Shown piece after piece: positions 23,601-35,839 of a stretch of 64,000 bases of DNA. A program made the translations under genes and the position numbers. Every line of letters starts with the position of its first letter. Within the stretch, counting starts at the first letter, position 1. This DNA comes from Eledone cirrhosa (taxonomy: Eukaryota): positions 131,254,001-131,318,000 of the forward strand of contig OZ024743.1 of the NCBI GenBank assembly GCA_964016885.1, written 5' to 3'. Under the pieces are notes generated by a model that was given only the letters and a program-made list of their open reading frames with translations, ran no database searches and had not been told where the DNA came from.

Positions 23601-26600
23601 GGTGTTTGGTGTTTGGTGTTTGATGCTTGGTGCTTGGTGTTTGGTGCTTGGTGCTTGGTGTTTGTACTTGGTGCTTGGTGCTTGGTGCTTGGTGCTTGGT
23701 CCTTGATGCTTGGTGTTTGGTGGTTGGTGTTTGGTGCTTGGTGTTAGGTGTTTGGTGCTTGGTGCTTGGTGTTTGGTGTTTGGTGCTTGGGGTTTGGTGT
23801 TTGGTGCTTGGTGTTTGGTGCTTGGTATTTGGTGCTTGGTGCTTGGTGTTAGGTGTTTGGTGCTTGGTGTTTGGTGCTTGGTGTTTGGTGCTTGGTGTTT
23901 GGTGTTTGATGCTTGGTGCTTGGTGCTTGGTGTTTGGTGCTTGGTGCTTGGTGTTTGGTGCTTGGTGCTTGGTGTTTGGTTTTTGGTGCTTGGTGCTTGG
24001 TGCTTGGTGTTTGGTGGTTGGTGCTTGGTGCTTGGTGTTAGGTGTTTGGTGCTTGGTGCTTGGTGTTTGGTGTTTGGTGCTTGGTGTTTGGTGTTTGGTG
24101 CTTGGTGTTTGGTGCTTGGTACTTGGTGCTTGGTGCTTGGTGTTAGGTGTTTGGTGCTTGGTGCTTGGTGTCTGGTTTTTGGTGCTTGGTGCTTGGTGTT
24201 TGGTGTTTGGTGCTTGCTGCTGGCTGCTTGGTGTTTGGTGCTTGGTGATTGGTGCTTGGTGTTTGGTGCTTGGTGTTTGGTGTTTGGTGCTTGGTGATTG
24301 GTGTTTGTACTTGGTGCTTGGTGCTTGGTTCTTGGTGTTTGGTGCTTGGTGCTTGGTGTTTGGTGTTATATGCTTGGTGTTTGATGCTTGGTGCTTGGTG
24401 CTTGGTGTATGGTGTTTGGTGTTTGATGCTTGGTGCTTGGTGTTTGGTGCTTGGTGCTTGGTGTTTGTACTTGGTGCTTGGTGCTTGGTGCTTGGTGTTT
24501 GGTGCTTGGTGCTTGGTGCTTGGTCCTTGGTGCTTGGTGTTTGGTGGTTGGTGTTTGGTGCTTGGTGTTAGGTGTTTGGTGCTTGGTGCTTGGTGTTTGG
24601 TGTTTGGTGCTTGGTGTTTGGTGTTTGGTGCTTGGTATTTGGTGCTTGGTACTTGGTGCTTGGTGCTTGGTGTTAGGTGTTTGGTGCTTGGTGTTTGGTG
24701 CTTGGTGTTTGGTGCTTGGTGTTTGGTGCTTGGTGTTAGGTGTTTGGTGCTTGGTGCTTGGTGTTTGGTGTTTGGTGCTTGGTGTTTGGTGTTTGGTGCT
24801 TGGTGTTTGGTGCTTTTTGCTTGGTGCTTGGTGCTTGGTGTTTGGTGCTGGGTGCTTGGTGCTTGGTGTTTGGTGTTATATGCTTGGTGTTTGATGCTTG
24901 GTGCTTGGTGCTTGGTGTTTGGTGTTTGGTGCTTGGTGTTTGATGCTTGGTGCTTGGTGCTTGGTGTTTGGTGCTTGGTGCTTGGTGTTTGGTGCTTGGT
25001 GCTTGGTGTTTGGTGCTTGGTGTTTGGTGCTTGGTGTTTGGTGCTTGGTGCTTGGTGCTTGGTGCTTGGTGTTTGGTGGTTGGTGCTTGGTGCTTGGTGT
25101 TAGGTGTTTGGTGCTTGGTGCTTGGTGTCTGGTTTTTGGTGCTTGGTGCTTGGTGTTTGGTGCTTGTTGCTGGCTGCTTGGTGTTTGGTGCTTGGTGATT
25201 GGTGCTTGGTGTTTGGTGCTTGGTGTTTGGTGTTTGGTGCTTGGTGTTTGTACTTGGTGTTTGGTGCTTGGTATTTGGTTCTAGGTGCTTGGTGTTTGGT
25301 GCTTGGTGCTTGGTGTTTGGTGCCTGGTGCTTGGTGTTTGGTGTTTGGTGTTTGGTGCTTGGTGCTTGGTGTTTGGTGTTTGCTGTTTGCTGTTTGGTGT
25401 TTGTTGTTTGGTGTTTGTTGTTTGGTGTTTGCTGTTTGGTGTTTGGTGTTTGCTTTTTGGTGTTTGGTGTTTGATGTATGTTGTTTGCTGTTTGGTGTTT
25501 GGTGTTTGGTGCTTGGTGCTTGGTGTTTGGTGCTTGGTGCTTGGTGTTTGGTGCCTGGTGCTTGGTGTTTGGTGTTTGGTGCTTGGTGCTTGGAGTTTGG
25601 TGTTTGGTGCTTGGTGCTTGGTGTTTCGTGTTTCGTGTTTGGTGCTTGGTGCTTGGTGCTTGGTTCTTGGTGTTTGGTGCTGGGTGCATTGTGTTTGGTG
25701 CTTGGTGCTTGGTGTTTGGTGCTTGGTGTTTGGTGCTTGGTGCTTGGTGTTTGGTGTTTGGTGCTTGGTGCTTGGAGTTTGGTGTTTGGTGCTTGGTGCT
25801 TGGTGTTTCGTGTTTCGTGTTTGGTGCTTGGTGCTTGGTGCTTGGTCCTTGGTGTTTGGTGCTGGGTGAATTGTGCTTGGTGTTTTGTGTTTGGTGCTTG
25901 GTGGTTGGTGCTTGGTGTTTGGTGCTTGGTGCTTGGTGCTTGGTGTTTTGTGTTTGGTGCTTGGTGCTTGGTGTTTGGTGCTTGGTGCTGGGTGGTTGGT
26001 GTTTGGTGCTTGGTGTTTGGTGCTGGGTGCTTGGTGTTTGGTGCTGGGTGCTTGGTGTTTGGTGCTTGGTGCTTGGTGTTTGGTTTTTGGTGCTTGGTGC
26101 TTGGTGTTTGGTGTTTGGTGCTTGCTGCTGGCTGCTTGGTGTTTGATGCATGGTGATTGGTGCTTGGTGTTTGGTGCTTGGTGTTTGGTGTTTGATGCTT
26201 GGTGCTTGGTGCTTGGTGTTTGGTGCTTGGTGCTTGGTGTTTGGTGCTTGGTGCTTGGTGTTTGGTGCTTGGTGTTTGGTGCTTGGTGTTTGGTGCTTGG
26301 TGCTTGGTGCTTGGTGCTTGGTGTTTGGTGGTTGGTGCTTGGTGCTTGGTGTTAGGTGTTTGGTGCTTGGTGCTTGGTGTTTGGTGTTTGGTGCTTGGTG
26401 TTTGGTGTTTGGTGCTTGGTGTTTGGTGCTTGGTACTTGGTGCTTGGTGCTTGGTGTTAGGTGTTTGGTGCTTGGTGCTTGGTGTCTGGTTTTTGGTGCT
26501 TGGTGCTTGGTGTTTGGTGTTTGGTGCTTGCTGCTGGCTGCTTGGTGTTTGGTGCTTGGTGATTGGTGCTTGGTGTTTGGTGCTTGGTGTTTGGTGTTTG

Positions 26601-29600
26601 GTGCTTGGTGATTGGTGTTTGTACTTGGTGCTTGGTGCTTGGTTCTTGGTGTTTGGTGCTTGGTGCTTGGTGTTTGGTGTTATATGCTTGGTGTTTGATG
26701 CTTGGTGCTTGGTGCTTGGTGTATGGTGTTTGGTGTTTGATGCTTGGTGCTTGGTGTTTGGTGCTTGTTGCTTGGTGTTTGTACTTGGTGCTTGGTGCTT
26801 GGTGCTTGGTGTTTGGTGCTTGGTGCTTGCTGCTTGGTCCTTGGTGCTTGGTGTTTGGTGGTTGGTGTTTGGTGCTTGGTGTTAGGTGTTTGGTGCTTGG
26901 TGCTTGGTGTTTGGTGTTTGGTGCTTGGTGTTTGGTGTTTGGTGCTTGGTATTTGGTGCTTGGTACTTGGTGCTTGGTGCTTGGTGTTAGGTGTTTGGTG
27001 CTTGGTGTTTGGTGCTTGGTGTTTGGTGCTTGGTGTTTGGTGCTTGGTGTTAGGTGTTTGGTGCTTGGTGCTTGGTGTTTGGTGTTTGGTGCTTGGTGTT
27101 TGGTGTTTGGTGCTTGGTGTTTGGTGCTTTTTGCTTGGTGTTTGGTGCTGGGTGCTTGGTGCTTGGTGTTTGGTGTTATATGCTTGGTGTTTGATGCTTG
27201 GTGCTTGGTGTTTGGTGTTTGGTGCTTGGTGTTTGATGCTTGGTGCTTGGTGCTTGGTGTTTGGTGCTTGGTGCTTGGTGTTTGGTGCTTGGTGCTTGGT
27301 GTTTGGTGCTTGGTGTTTGGTGCTTGGTGTTTGGTGCTTGGTGCTTGGTGCTTGGTGCTTGGTGTTTGGTGGTTGGTGCTTGGTGCTTGGTGTTAGGTGT
27401 TTGGTGCTTGGTGCTTGGTGTCTGGTTTTTGGTGCTTGGTGCTTGGTGTTTGGTGCTTGTTGCTGGCTGCTTGGTGTTTGGTGCTTGGTGATTGGTGCTT
27501 GGTGTTTGGTGCTTGGTGTTTGGTGTTTGGTGCTTGGTGTTTGTACTTGGTGTTTGGTGCTTGGTGTTTGGTGCTAGGTGCTTGGTGTTTGGTGCTTGGT
27601 GCTTGGTGTTTGGTGCCTGGTGCTTGGTGTTTGGTGTTTGGTGTTTGGTGCTTGGTGCTTGGTGTTTGGTGTTTGCTGTTTGCTGTTTGGTGTTTGTTGT
27701 TTGGTGTTTGTTGTTTGGTATTTGCTGTTTGGTGTTTGGTGTTTGCTTTTTGGTGTTTGGTGTTTGATGTATGTTGTTTGCTGTTTGGTGTTTGGTGTTT
27801 GGTGCTTGGTGCTTGGTGTTTGGTGCTTGATGCTTGGTGTTTGGTGCCTGGTGCTTGGTGTTTGGTGTTTGGTGCTTGGTGCTTGGAGTTTGGTGTTTGG
27901 TGCTTGGTGCTTGGTGTTTCGTGTTTCGTGTTTGGTGCTTGGTGCTTGGTGCTTGGTCCTTGGTGTTTGGTGCTGGGTGCATTGTGTTTGGTGCTTGGTG
28001 CTTGGTGCTTGGTGCTTGGTGTTTGGTGCTTGGTGCTTGGTGTTTAGTGCCTGGTGCTTGGTGTTTGGTGTTTGGTGCTTGGTGCTTGGAGTTTGGTGTT
28101 TGGTGCTTGGTGCTTGGTGTTTCGTGTTTCGTGTTTGGTGCTTGGTGCTTGGTGCTTGGTCCTTGGTGTTTGGTGCTGGGTGAATTGTGCTTGGTGTTTT
28201 GTGTTTGGTGCTTGGTGGTTGGTGCTTGGTGTTTGGTGCTTGGTGCTTGGTGCTTGGTGTTTTGTGTTTGGTGCTTGGTGCTTGGTGTTTGGTGCTTGGT
28301 GCTGGGTGGTTGGTGTTTGGTGCTTGGTGTTTGGTGCTGGGTGCTTGGTGTTTGGTGCTGGGTGCTTGGTGTTTGGTGCTTGGTGCTTGGTGTTTGGTGC
28401 TTGGTGCTGGGTGGTTGGTGTTTGGTGCTTGGTGTTTGGTGCTGGGTGCTTGGTGTTTGGTGCTGGGTGCTTGGTGTTTGGTGCTTGGTGCTTGGTCTTT
28501 GGTGCTTGGTGTTTGGTACTTGGTGCTTGGTGCTTGGTGTTTGGTGCTTGGTGCTTGGTGTTTGGTGCTTGGTGCTTGGTGTTTGGTTTTTGGTGCTTGG
28601 TGCTTGGTGTTTGGTGTTTGGTGCTTGCTGCTGGCTGCTTGGTGTTTGATGCATGGTGATTGGTGCTTGGTGTTTGGTGCTTGGTGTTTGGTGTTTTATG
28701 CTTGGTGCTTGGTGCTTGGTGTTTGGTGCTTGGTGCTTGGTGTTTGGTGCTTGGTGCTTGGTGTTTCGTGCTTGGTGTTTGGTGCTTGGTGTTTGGTGCT
28801 TGGTGCTTGGTGCTTGGTGCTTGGTGTTTGGTGGTTGGTGCTTGGTGCTTGGTGTTAGGTGTTTGGTGCTTGGTGCTTGGTGTTTGGTGTTTGGTGCTTG
28901 GTGTTTGGTGTTTGGTGCTTGGTGTTTGGTGCTTGGTACTTGGTGCTTGGTGCTTGGTGTTAGGTGTTTGGTGCTTGGTGCTTGGTGTCTGGTTTTTGGT
29001 GCTTGGTGCTTGGTGTTTGGTGTTTGGTGCTTGCTGCTGGCTGCTTGGTGTTTGGTGCTTGGTGATTGGTGCTTGGTGTTTGGTGCTTGGTGTTTGGTGT
29101 TTGGTGCTTGGTGATTGGTGTTTGTACTTGGTGCTTGGTGCTTGGTTCTTGGTGTTTGGTGCTTGGTGCTTGGTGTTTGGTGTTATATGCTTGGTGTTTG
29201 ATGCTTGGTGCTTGGTGCTTGGTGTTTGGTGTTTGGTGTTTGATGCTTGGTGCTTGGTGTTTGGTGCTTGGTGCTTGGTGTTTGTACTTGGTGCTTGGTG
29301 CTTGGTGCTTGGTGTTTGGTGCTTGGTGCTTGGTGCTTGGTGCTTGGTCCTTGATGCTTGGTGTTCGGTGGTTGGTGTTTGGTGCTTGGTGTTAGGTGTT
29401 TGGTGCTTGGTGCTTGGTGTTTGGTGTTTGGTGCTTGGTGTTTGGTGTTTGGTGCTTGGTGTTTGGTGCTTGGTATTTGGTGCTTGGTGCTTGGTGTTAG
29501 GTGTTTGGTGCTTGGTGTTTGGTGCTTGGTGTTTGGTGCTTGGTGTTTGGTGTTTGATGCTTGGTGCTTGGTGCTTGGTGGTTGGTGCTTGGTGCTTGGT

Positions 29601-31900
29601 GTTTGGTGCTTGGTGCTTGGTGTTTGGTTTTTGGTGCTTGGTGCTTGGTGTTTGGTGTTTGGTGCTTGGTGCTTGGTGCTTGGTGTTTGGTGGTTGGTGC
29701 TTGGTGCTTGGTGTTAGGTGTTTGGTGCTTGGTGCTTGGTGTTTGGTGTTTGGTGCTTGGTGTTTGGTGTTTGGTGCTTGGTGTTTGGTGCTTGGTACTT
29801 GGTGCTTGGTGCTTGGTGTTAGGTGTTTGGTGCTTGGTGCTTGGTGTCTAGTTTTTGGTGCTTGGTGCTTGGTGTTTGGTGTTTGGTGCTTGCTGCTGGC
29901 TGCTTGGTGTTTGGTGCTTGGTGATTGGTGCTTGGTGTTTGGTGCTTGGTGTTTGGTGTTTGGTGCTTGGTGATTGGTGTTTGTACTTGGTGCTTGGTGC
30001 TTGGTTCTTGGTGTTTGGTGCTTGGTGCTTGGTGTTTGGTGTTATATGCTTGGTGTTTGATGCTTGGTGCTTGGTGCTTGGTGTATGGTGTTTGGTGTTT
30101 GATGCTTGGTGCTTGGTGTTTGGTGCTTGGTGCTTGGTGTTTGTACTTGGTGCTTGGTGCTTGGTGCTTGGTGTTTGGTGCTTGGTGCTTGGTGCTTGGT
30201 CCTTGGTGCTTGGTGTTTGGTGGTTGGTGTTTGGTGCTTGGTGTTAGGTGTTTGGTGCTTGGTGCTTGGTGTTTGGTGTTTGGTGCTTGGTGTTTGGTGT
30301 TTGGTGCTTGGTATTTGGTGCTTGGTACTTGGTGCTTGGTGCTTGGTGTTAGGTGTTTGGTGCTTGGTGTTTGGTGCTTGGTGTTTGGTGCTTGGTGTTT
30401 GGTGCTTGGTGTTAGGTGTTTGGTGCTTGGTGCTTGGTGTTTGGTGTTTGGTGCTTGGTGTTTGGTGTTTGGTGCTTGGTGTTTGGTGCTTTTTGCTTGG
30501 TGCTTGGTGCTTGGTGTTTGGTGCTGGGTGCTTGGTGCTTGGTGTTTGGTGTTATATGCTTGGTGTTTGATGCTTGGTGCTTGGTGCTTGGTGTTTGGTG
30601 TTTGGTGCTTGGTGTTTGATGCTTGGTGCTTGGTGCTTGGTGTTTGGTGCTTGGTGCTTGGTGTTTGGTGCTTGGTGCTTGGTGTTTGGTGCTTGGTGTT
30701 TGGTGCTTGGTGTTTGGTGCTTGGTGCTTGGTGCTTGGTGCTTGGTGTTTGGTGGTTGGTGCTTGGTGCTTGGTGTTAGGTGTTTGGTGCTTGGTGCTTG
30801 GTGTCTGGTTTTTGGTGCTTGGTGCTTGGTGTTTGGTGCTTGTTGCTGGCTGCTTGGTGTTTGGTGCTTGGTGATTGGTGCTTGGTGTTTGGTGCTTGGT
30901 GTTTGGTGTTTGGTGCTTGGTGTTTGTACTTGGTGTTTGGTGCTTGGTGTTTGGTTCTAGGTGCTTGGTGTTTGGTGCTTGGTGCTTGGTGTTTGGTGCC
31001 TGGTGCTTGGTGTTTGGTGTTTGGTGTTTGGTGCTTGGTGCTTGGTGTTTGGTGTTTGCTGTTTGCTGTTTGGTGTTTGTTGTTTGGTGTTTGTTGTTTG
31101 GTGTTTGCTGTTTGGTGTTTGGTGTTTGCTTTTTGGTGTTTGGTGTTTGATGTATGTTGTTTGCTGTTTGGTGTTTGGTGTTTGGTGCTTGGTGCTTGGT
31201 GTTTGGTGCTTGGTGCTTGGTGTTTGGTGCCTGGTGCTTGGTGTTTGGTGTTTGGTGCTTGGTGCTTGGAGTTTGGTGTTTGGTGCTTGGTGCTTGGTGT
31301 TTCGTGTTTCCTGTTTGGTGCTTGGTGCTTGGTGCTTGGTTCTTGGTGTTTGGTGCTGGGTGCATTGTGTTTGGTGCTTGGTGCTTGGTGCTTGGTGTTT
31401 GGTGCTTGGTGCTTGGTGTTTGGTGCCTGGTGCTTGGTGTTTGGTGTTTGGTGCTTGGTGCTTGGAGTTTGGTGTTTGGTGCTTGGTGCTTGGTGTTTCG
31501 TGTTTCGTGTTTGGTGCTTGGTGCTTGGTGCTTGGTCCTTGGTGTTTGGTGCTGGGTGAATTGTGCTTGGTGTTTTGTGTTTGGTGCTTGGTGGTTGGTG
31601 CTTGGTGTTTGGTGCTTGGTGCTTGGTGCTTGGTGTTTTGTGTTTGGTGCTTGGTGCTTGGTGTTTGGTGCTTGGTGCTGGGTGGTTGGTGTTTGGTGCT
31701 TGGTGTTTGGTGCTGGGTGCTTGGTGTTTGGTGCTGGGTGCTTGGTGTTTGGTGCTTGGTGCTTGGTGTTTGGTGCTTGGTGCTGGGTGGTTGGTGTTTG
31801 GTGCTTGGTGTTTGGTGCTGGGTGCTTGGTGTTTGGTGCTGGGTGCTTGGTGTTTGGTGCTTGGTGCTTGGTCTTTGGTGCTTGGTGTTTGGTGCTTGGT
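20600..31900 (+). repeat. ~5.6-kb dimeric higher-order repeat, two tandem copies
   Basis: ORF pairs 20999/26563, 21180/26744 and 21833/27397 (offset 5564); 23033/28653 (5620); 24249/29925, 24430/30106 and 24898/30574 (5676). Offsets differ by multiples of 7. Confidence 0.85.
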
Positions 31901-34800
31901 GCTTGGTGCTTGGTGTTTGGTGCTTGGTGCTTGGTGTTTGGTGCTTGGTGCTTGGTGTTTGGTTTTTGGTGCTTGGTGCTTGGTGTTTGGTGTTTGGTGC
32001 TTGCTGCTGGCTGCTTGGTGTTTGATGCATGGTGATTGGTGCTTGGTGTTTGGTGCTTGGTGTTTGGTGTTTCATGCTTGGTGCTTGGTGTTTGGTGCTT
32101 GGTGCTTGGTGTTTGGTGCTTGGTGCTTGGTGTTTCGTGCTTGGTGTTTGGTGCTTGGTGTTTGGTGCTTGGTGCTTGGTGCTTGGTGCTTGGTGTTTGG
32201 TGGTTGGTGCTTGGTGCTTGGTGTTAGGTGTTTGGTGCTTGGTGCTTGGTGTTTGGTGTTTGGTGCTTGGTGTTTGGTGTTTGGTGCTTGGTGTTTGGTG
32301 CTTGGTACTTGGTGCTTGGTGCTTGGTGTTAGGTGTTTGGTGCTTGGTGCTTGGTGTCTGGTTTTTGGTGCTTGGTGCTTGGTGTTTGGTGTTTGGTGCT
32401 TGCTGCTGGCTGCTTGGTGTTTGGTGCTTGGTGATTGGTGCTTGGTGTTTGGTGCTTGGTGTTTGGTGTTTGGTGCTTGGTGATTGGTGTTTGTACTTGG
32501 TGCTTGGTGCTTGGTTCTTGGTGTTTGGTGCTTGGTGCTTGGTGTTTGGTGTTATATGCTTGGTGTTTGATGCTTGGTGCTTGGTGCTTGGTGTTTGGTG
32601 TTTGGTGTTTGATGCTTGGTGCTTGGTGTTTGGTGCTTGGTGCTTGGTGTTTGTACTTGGTGCTTGGTGCTTGGTGCTTGGTGTTTGGTGCTTGGTGCTT
32701 GGAGCTTGGTGCTTGGTCCTTGATGCTTGGTGTTTGGTGGTTGGTGTTTGGTGCTTGGTGTTAGGTGTTTGGTGCTTGGTGCTTGGTGTTTGGTGTTTGG
32801 TGCTTGGTGTTTGGTGTTTGGTGCTTGGTGTTTGGTGCTTGGTATTTGGTGCTTGGTGCTTGGTGTTAGGTGTTTGGTGCTTGGTGTTTGGTGCTTGGTG
32901 TTTGGTGCTTGGTGTTTGGTGTTTGATGCTTGGTGCTTGGTGCTTGGTGTTTGGTGCTTGGTGCTTGGTGTTTGGTGCTTGGTGCTTGGTGTTTGGTTTT
33001 TGGTGCTTGGTGCTTGGTGTTTGGTGTTTGGTGCTTGGTGCTTGGTGCTTGGTGTTTGGTGGTTGGTGCTTGGTGCTTGGTGTTAGGTGTTTGGCGCTTG
33101 GTGCTTGGTGTTTGGTGTTTGGTGCTTGGTGTTTGGTGTTTGGTGCTTGGTGTTTGGTGCTTGGTACTTGGTGCTTGGTGCTTGGTGTTAGGTGTTTGGT
33201 GCTTGGTGCTTGGTGTCTGGTTTTTGGTGCTTGGTGCTTGGTGTTTGGTGTTTGGTGCTTGCTGCTGGCTGCTTGGTGTTTGGTGCTTGGTGATTGGTGC
33301 TTGGTGTTTGGTGCTTGGTGTTTGGTGTTTGGTGCTTGGTGATTGGTGTTTGTACTTGGTGCTTGGTGCTTGGTTCTTGGTGTTTGGTGCTTGGTGCTTG
33401 GTGTTTGGTGTTATATGCTTGGTGTTTGATGCTTGGTGCTTGGTGCTTGGTGTATGGTGTTTGGTGTTTGATGCTTGGTGCTTGGTGTTTGGTGCTTGGT
33501 GCTTGGTGTTTGTACTTGGTGCTTGGTGCTTGGTGCTTGGTGTTTGGTGCTTGGTGCTTGGTGCTTGGTCCTTGGTGCTTGGTGTTTGGTGGTTGGTGTT
33601 TGGTGCTTGGTGTTAGGTGTTTGGTGCTTGGTGCTTGGTGTTTGGTGTTTGGTGCTTGGTGTTTGGTGCTTGGTGTTTGGTGCTTGGTGTTTGGTGCTTG
33701 GTATTAGGTGTTTGGTGCTTGGTGCTTGGTGTTTGGTGTTTGGTGCTTGGTGTTTGGTGTTTGGTGCTTGGTGTTTGGTGCTTTTTGCTTGGTGCTTGGT
33801 GCTTGGTGTTTGGTGCTGGGTGCTTGGTGCTTGGTGTTTGGTGTTATATGCTTGGTGTTTGATGCTTGGTGCTTGGTGCTTGGTGTTTGGTGTTTGGTGC
33901 TTGGTGTTTGATGCTTGGTGCTTGGTGCTTGGTGTTTGGTGCTTGGTGCTTGGTGTTTGGTGCTTGGTGCTTGGTGTTTGGTGCTTGGTGTTTGGTGCTT
34001 GGTGTTTGGTGCTTGGTGCTTGGTGCTTGGTGCTTGGTGTTTGGTGGTTGGTGCTTGGTGCTTGGTGTTAGGTGTTTGGTGCTTGGTGCTTGGTGTCTGG
34101 TTTTTGGTGCTTGGTGCTTGGTGTTTGGTGCTTGTTGCTGGCTGCTTGGTGTTTGGTGCTTGGTGATTGGTGCTTGGTGTTTGGTGCTTGGTGTTTGGTG
34201 TTTGGTGCTTGGTGTTTGTACTTGGTGTTTGGTGCTTGGTGTTTGGTTCTAGGTGCTTGGTGTTTGGTGCTTGGTGCTTGGTGTTTGGTGCCTGGTGCTT
34301 GGTGTTTGGTGTTTGGTGTTTGGTGCTTGGTGCTTGGTGTTTGGTGTTTGCTGTTTGCTGTTTGGTGTTTGTTGTTTGGTGTTTGTTGTTTGGTGTTTGC
34401 TGTTTGGTGTTTGGTGTTTGCTTTTTGGTGTTTGGTGTTTGATGTATGTTGTTTGCTGTTTGGTGTTTGGTGTTTGGTGCTTGGTGCTTGGTGTTTGGTG
34501 CTTGGTGCTTGGTGTTTGGTGCCTGGTGCTTGGTGTTTGGTGTTTGGTGCTTGGTGCTTGGAGTTTGGTGTTTGGTGCTTGGTGCTTGGTGTTTCGTGTT
34601 TCGTGTTTGGTGCTTGGTGCTTGGTGCTTGGTTCTTGGTGTTTGGTGCTGGGTGCATTGTGTTTGGTGCTTGGTGCTTGGTGCTTGGTGCTTGGTGTTTG
34701 GTGCTTGGTGCTTGGTGTTTGGTGCCTGGTGCTTGGTGTTTGGTGTTTGGTGCTTGGTGCTTGGAGTTTGGTGTTTGGTGCTTGGTGCTTGGTGTTTCGT
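28050..34800 (+). repeat. ~3.3-kb tandem duplication overlapping the 5.6-kb repeat
   Basis: 437-aa pseudo-ORFs 28660..29973 and 32029..33342 (offset 3369); 29925/33294 (3369); 317-aa minus-strand pseudo-ORFs 30412/33704 and 30875/34167 (3292). Confidence 0.85.
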
Positions 34801-35839
34801 GTTTCGTGTTTGGTGCTTGGTGCTTGGTGCTTGGTGCTTGGTGTTTGGTGTTTGGTGCTTGGTGTTTGGTGCTTGGTGCTTGGTGTTTGGTGCTTGGTGC
34901 TGGGTGGTTGGTGTTTGGTGCTTGGTGTTTGGTGCTGGGTGCTTGGTGTTTGGTGCTGGGTGCTTGGTGTTTGGTGCTTGGTGCTTGGTGTTTGGTGCTT
35001 GGTGCTGGGTGGTTGGTGTTTGGTGCTTGGTGTTTGGTGCTGGGTGCTTGGTGTTTGGTGCTGGGTGCTTGGTGTTTGGTGCTTGGTGCCTGGTCTTTGG
35101 TGCTTGGTGTTTGGTGCTTGGTGCTTGGTGCTTGGTGTTTGGTGCTTGGCGCTTGGTGTTTGGTGCTTGGTGCTTGGTGTTTGGTTTTTGGTGCTTGGTG
35201 CTTGGTGTTTGGTGTTTGGTGCTTGCTGCTGGCTGCCTGTTGTTTGATGCATGGTGATTGGTGCTTGGTGCTTGGTGTTTGGTGGTTGGTGTTTGGTGCT
35301 TGGTGTTTGGTGCTTGGTGTTAGGTGTTTGGTGCTTGGTGCTTGGTGTTTGGTGTTTGGTGCTTGGTGTTTGGTGTTTGGTGCTTGGTGTTTGGTGCTTT
35401 TTGCTTGGTGCTTGGTGCTTGGTGTTTGGTGCTGGGTGCTTGGTGCTTGGTGTTTGGTGTTATATGCTTGGTGTTTGATGCTTGGTGCTTGGTGCTTGGT
35501 GTTTGGTGTTTGGTGCTTGGTGTTTGATGCTTGGTGCTTGGTGCTTGGTGTTTGGTGCTTGGTGCTTGGTGTTTGGTGCTTGGTGCTTCGTGTTTGGTGC
35601 TTGGTGTTTGGTGCTTGGTGCTTGGTGTTTGGTGGTTGGTGCTTGGTGCTTGGTGTTAGGTGTTTGGTACTTGGTGCTTGGTGTCTGGTTTTTGGTGCTT
35701 GGTGCTTGGTGTTTGGTGCTTGTTGCTGGCTGCTTGGTGTTTGGTGCTTGGTGATTGGTGCTTGGTGTTTGGTGCTTGGTGTTTGGTGTTTGGTGCTTGG
35801 TGTTTGTACTTGGTGTTTGGTGCTTGGTGTTTGGTGCTA

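Larger units (their letters stand above)
17900..35800 (+). repeat. Satellite sub-domain M core: tandem expansion of a ~2.3-3.4 kb higher-order monomer (about 6-7 copies)
   Basis: A landmark 91-aa pseudo-ORF recurs at 19363, 21928, 25199, 27492, 30875 and 34167, with a derivative at 35755. ATGCAT markers at 17961, 20401/20583, 23029, 26146, 28649, 32025 and 35247. Confidence 0.88.
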
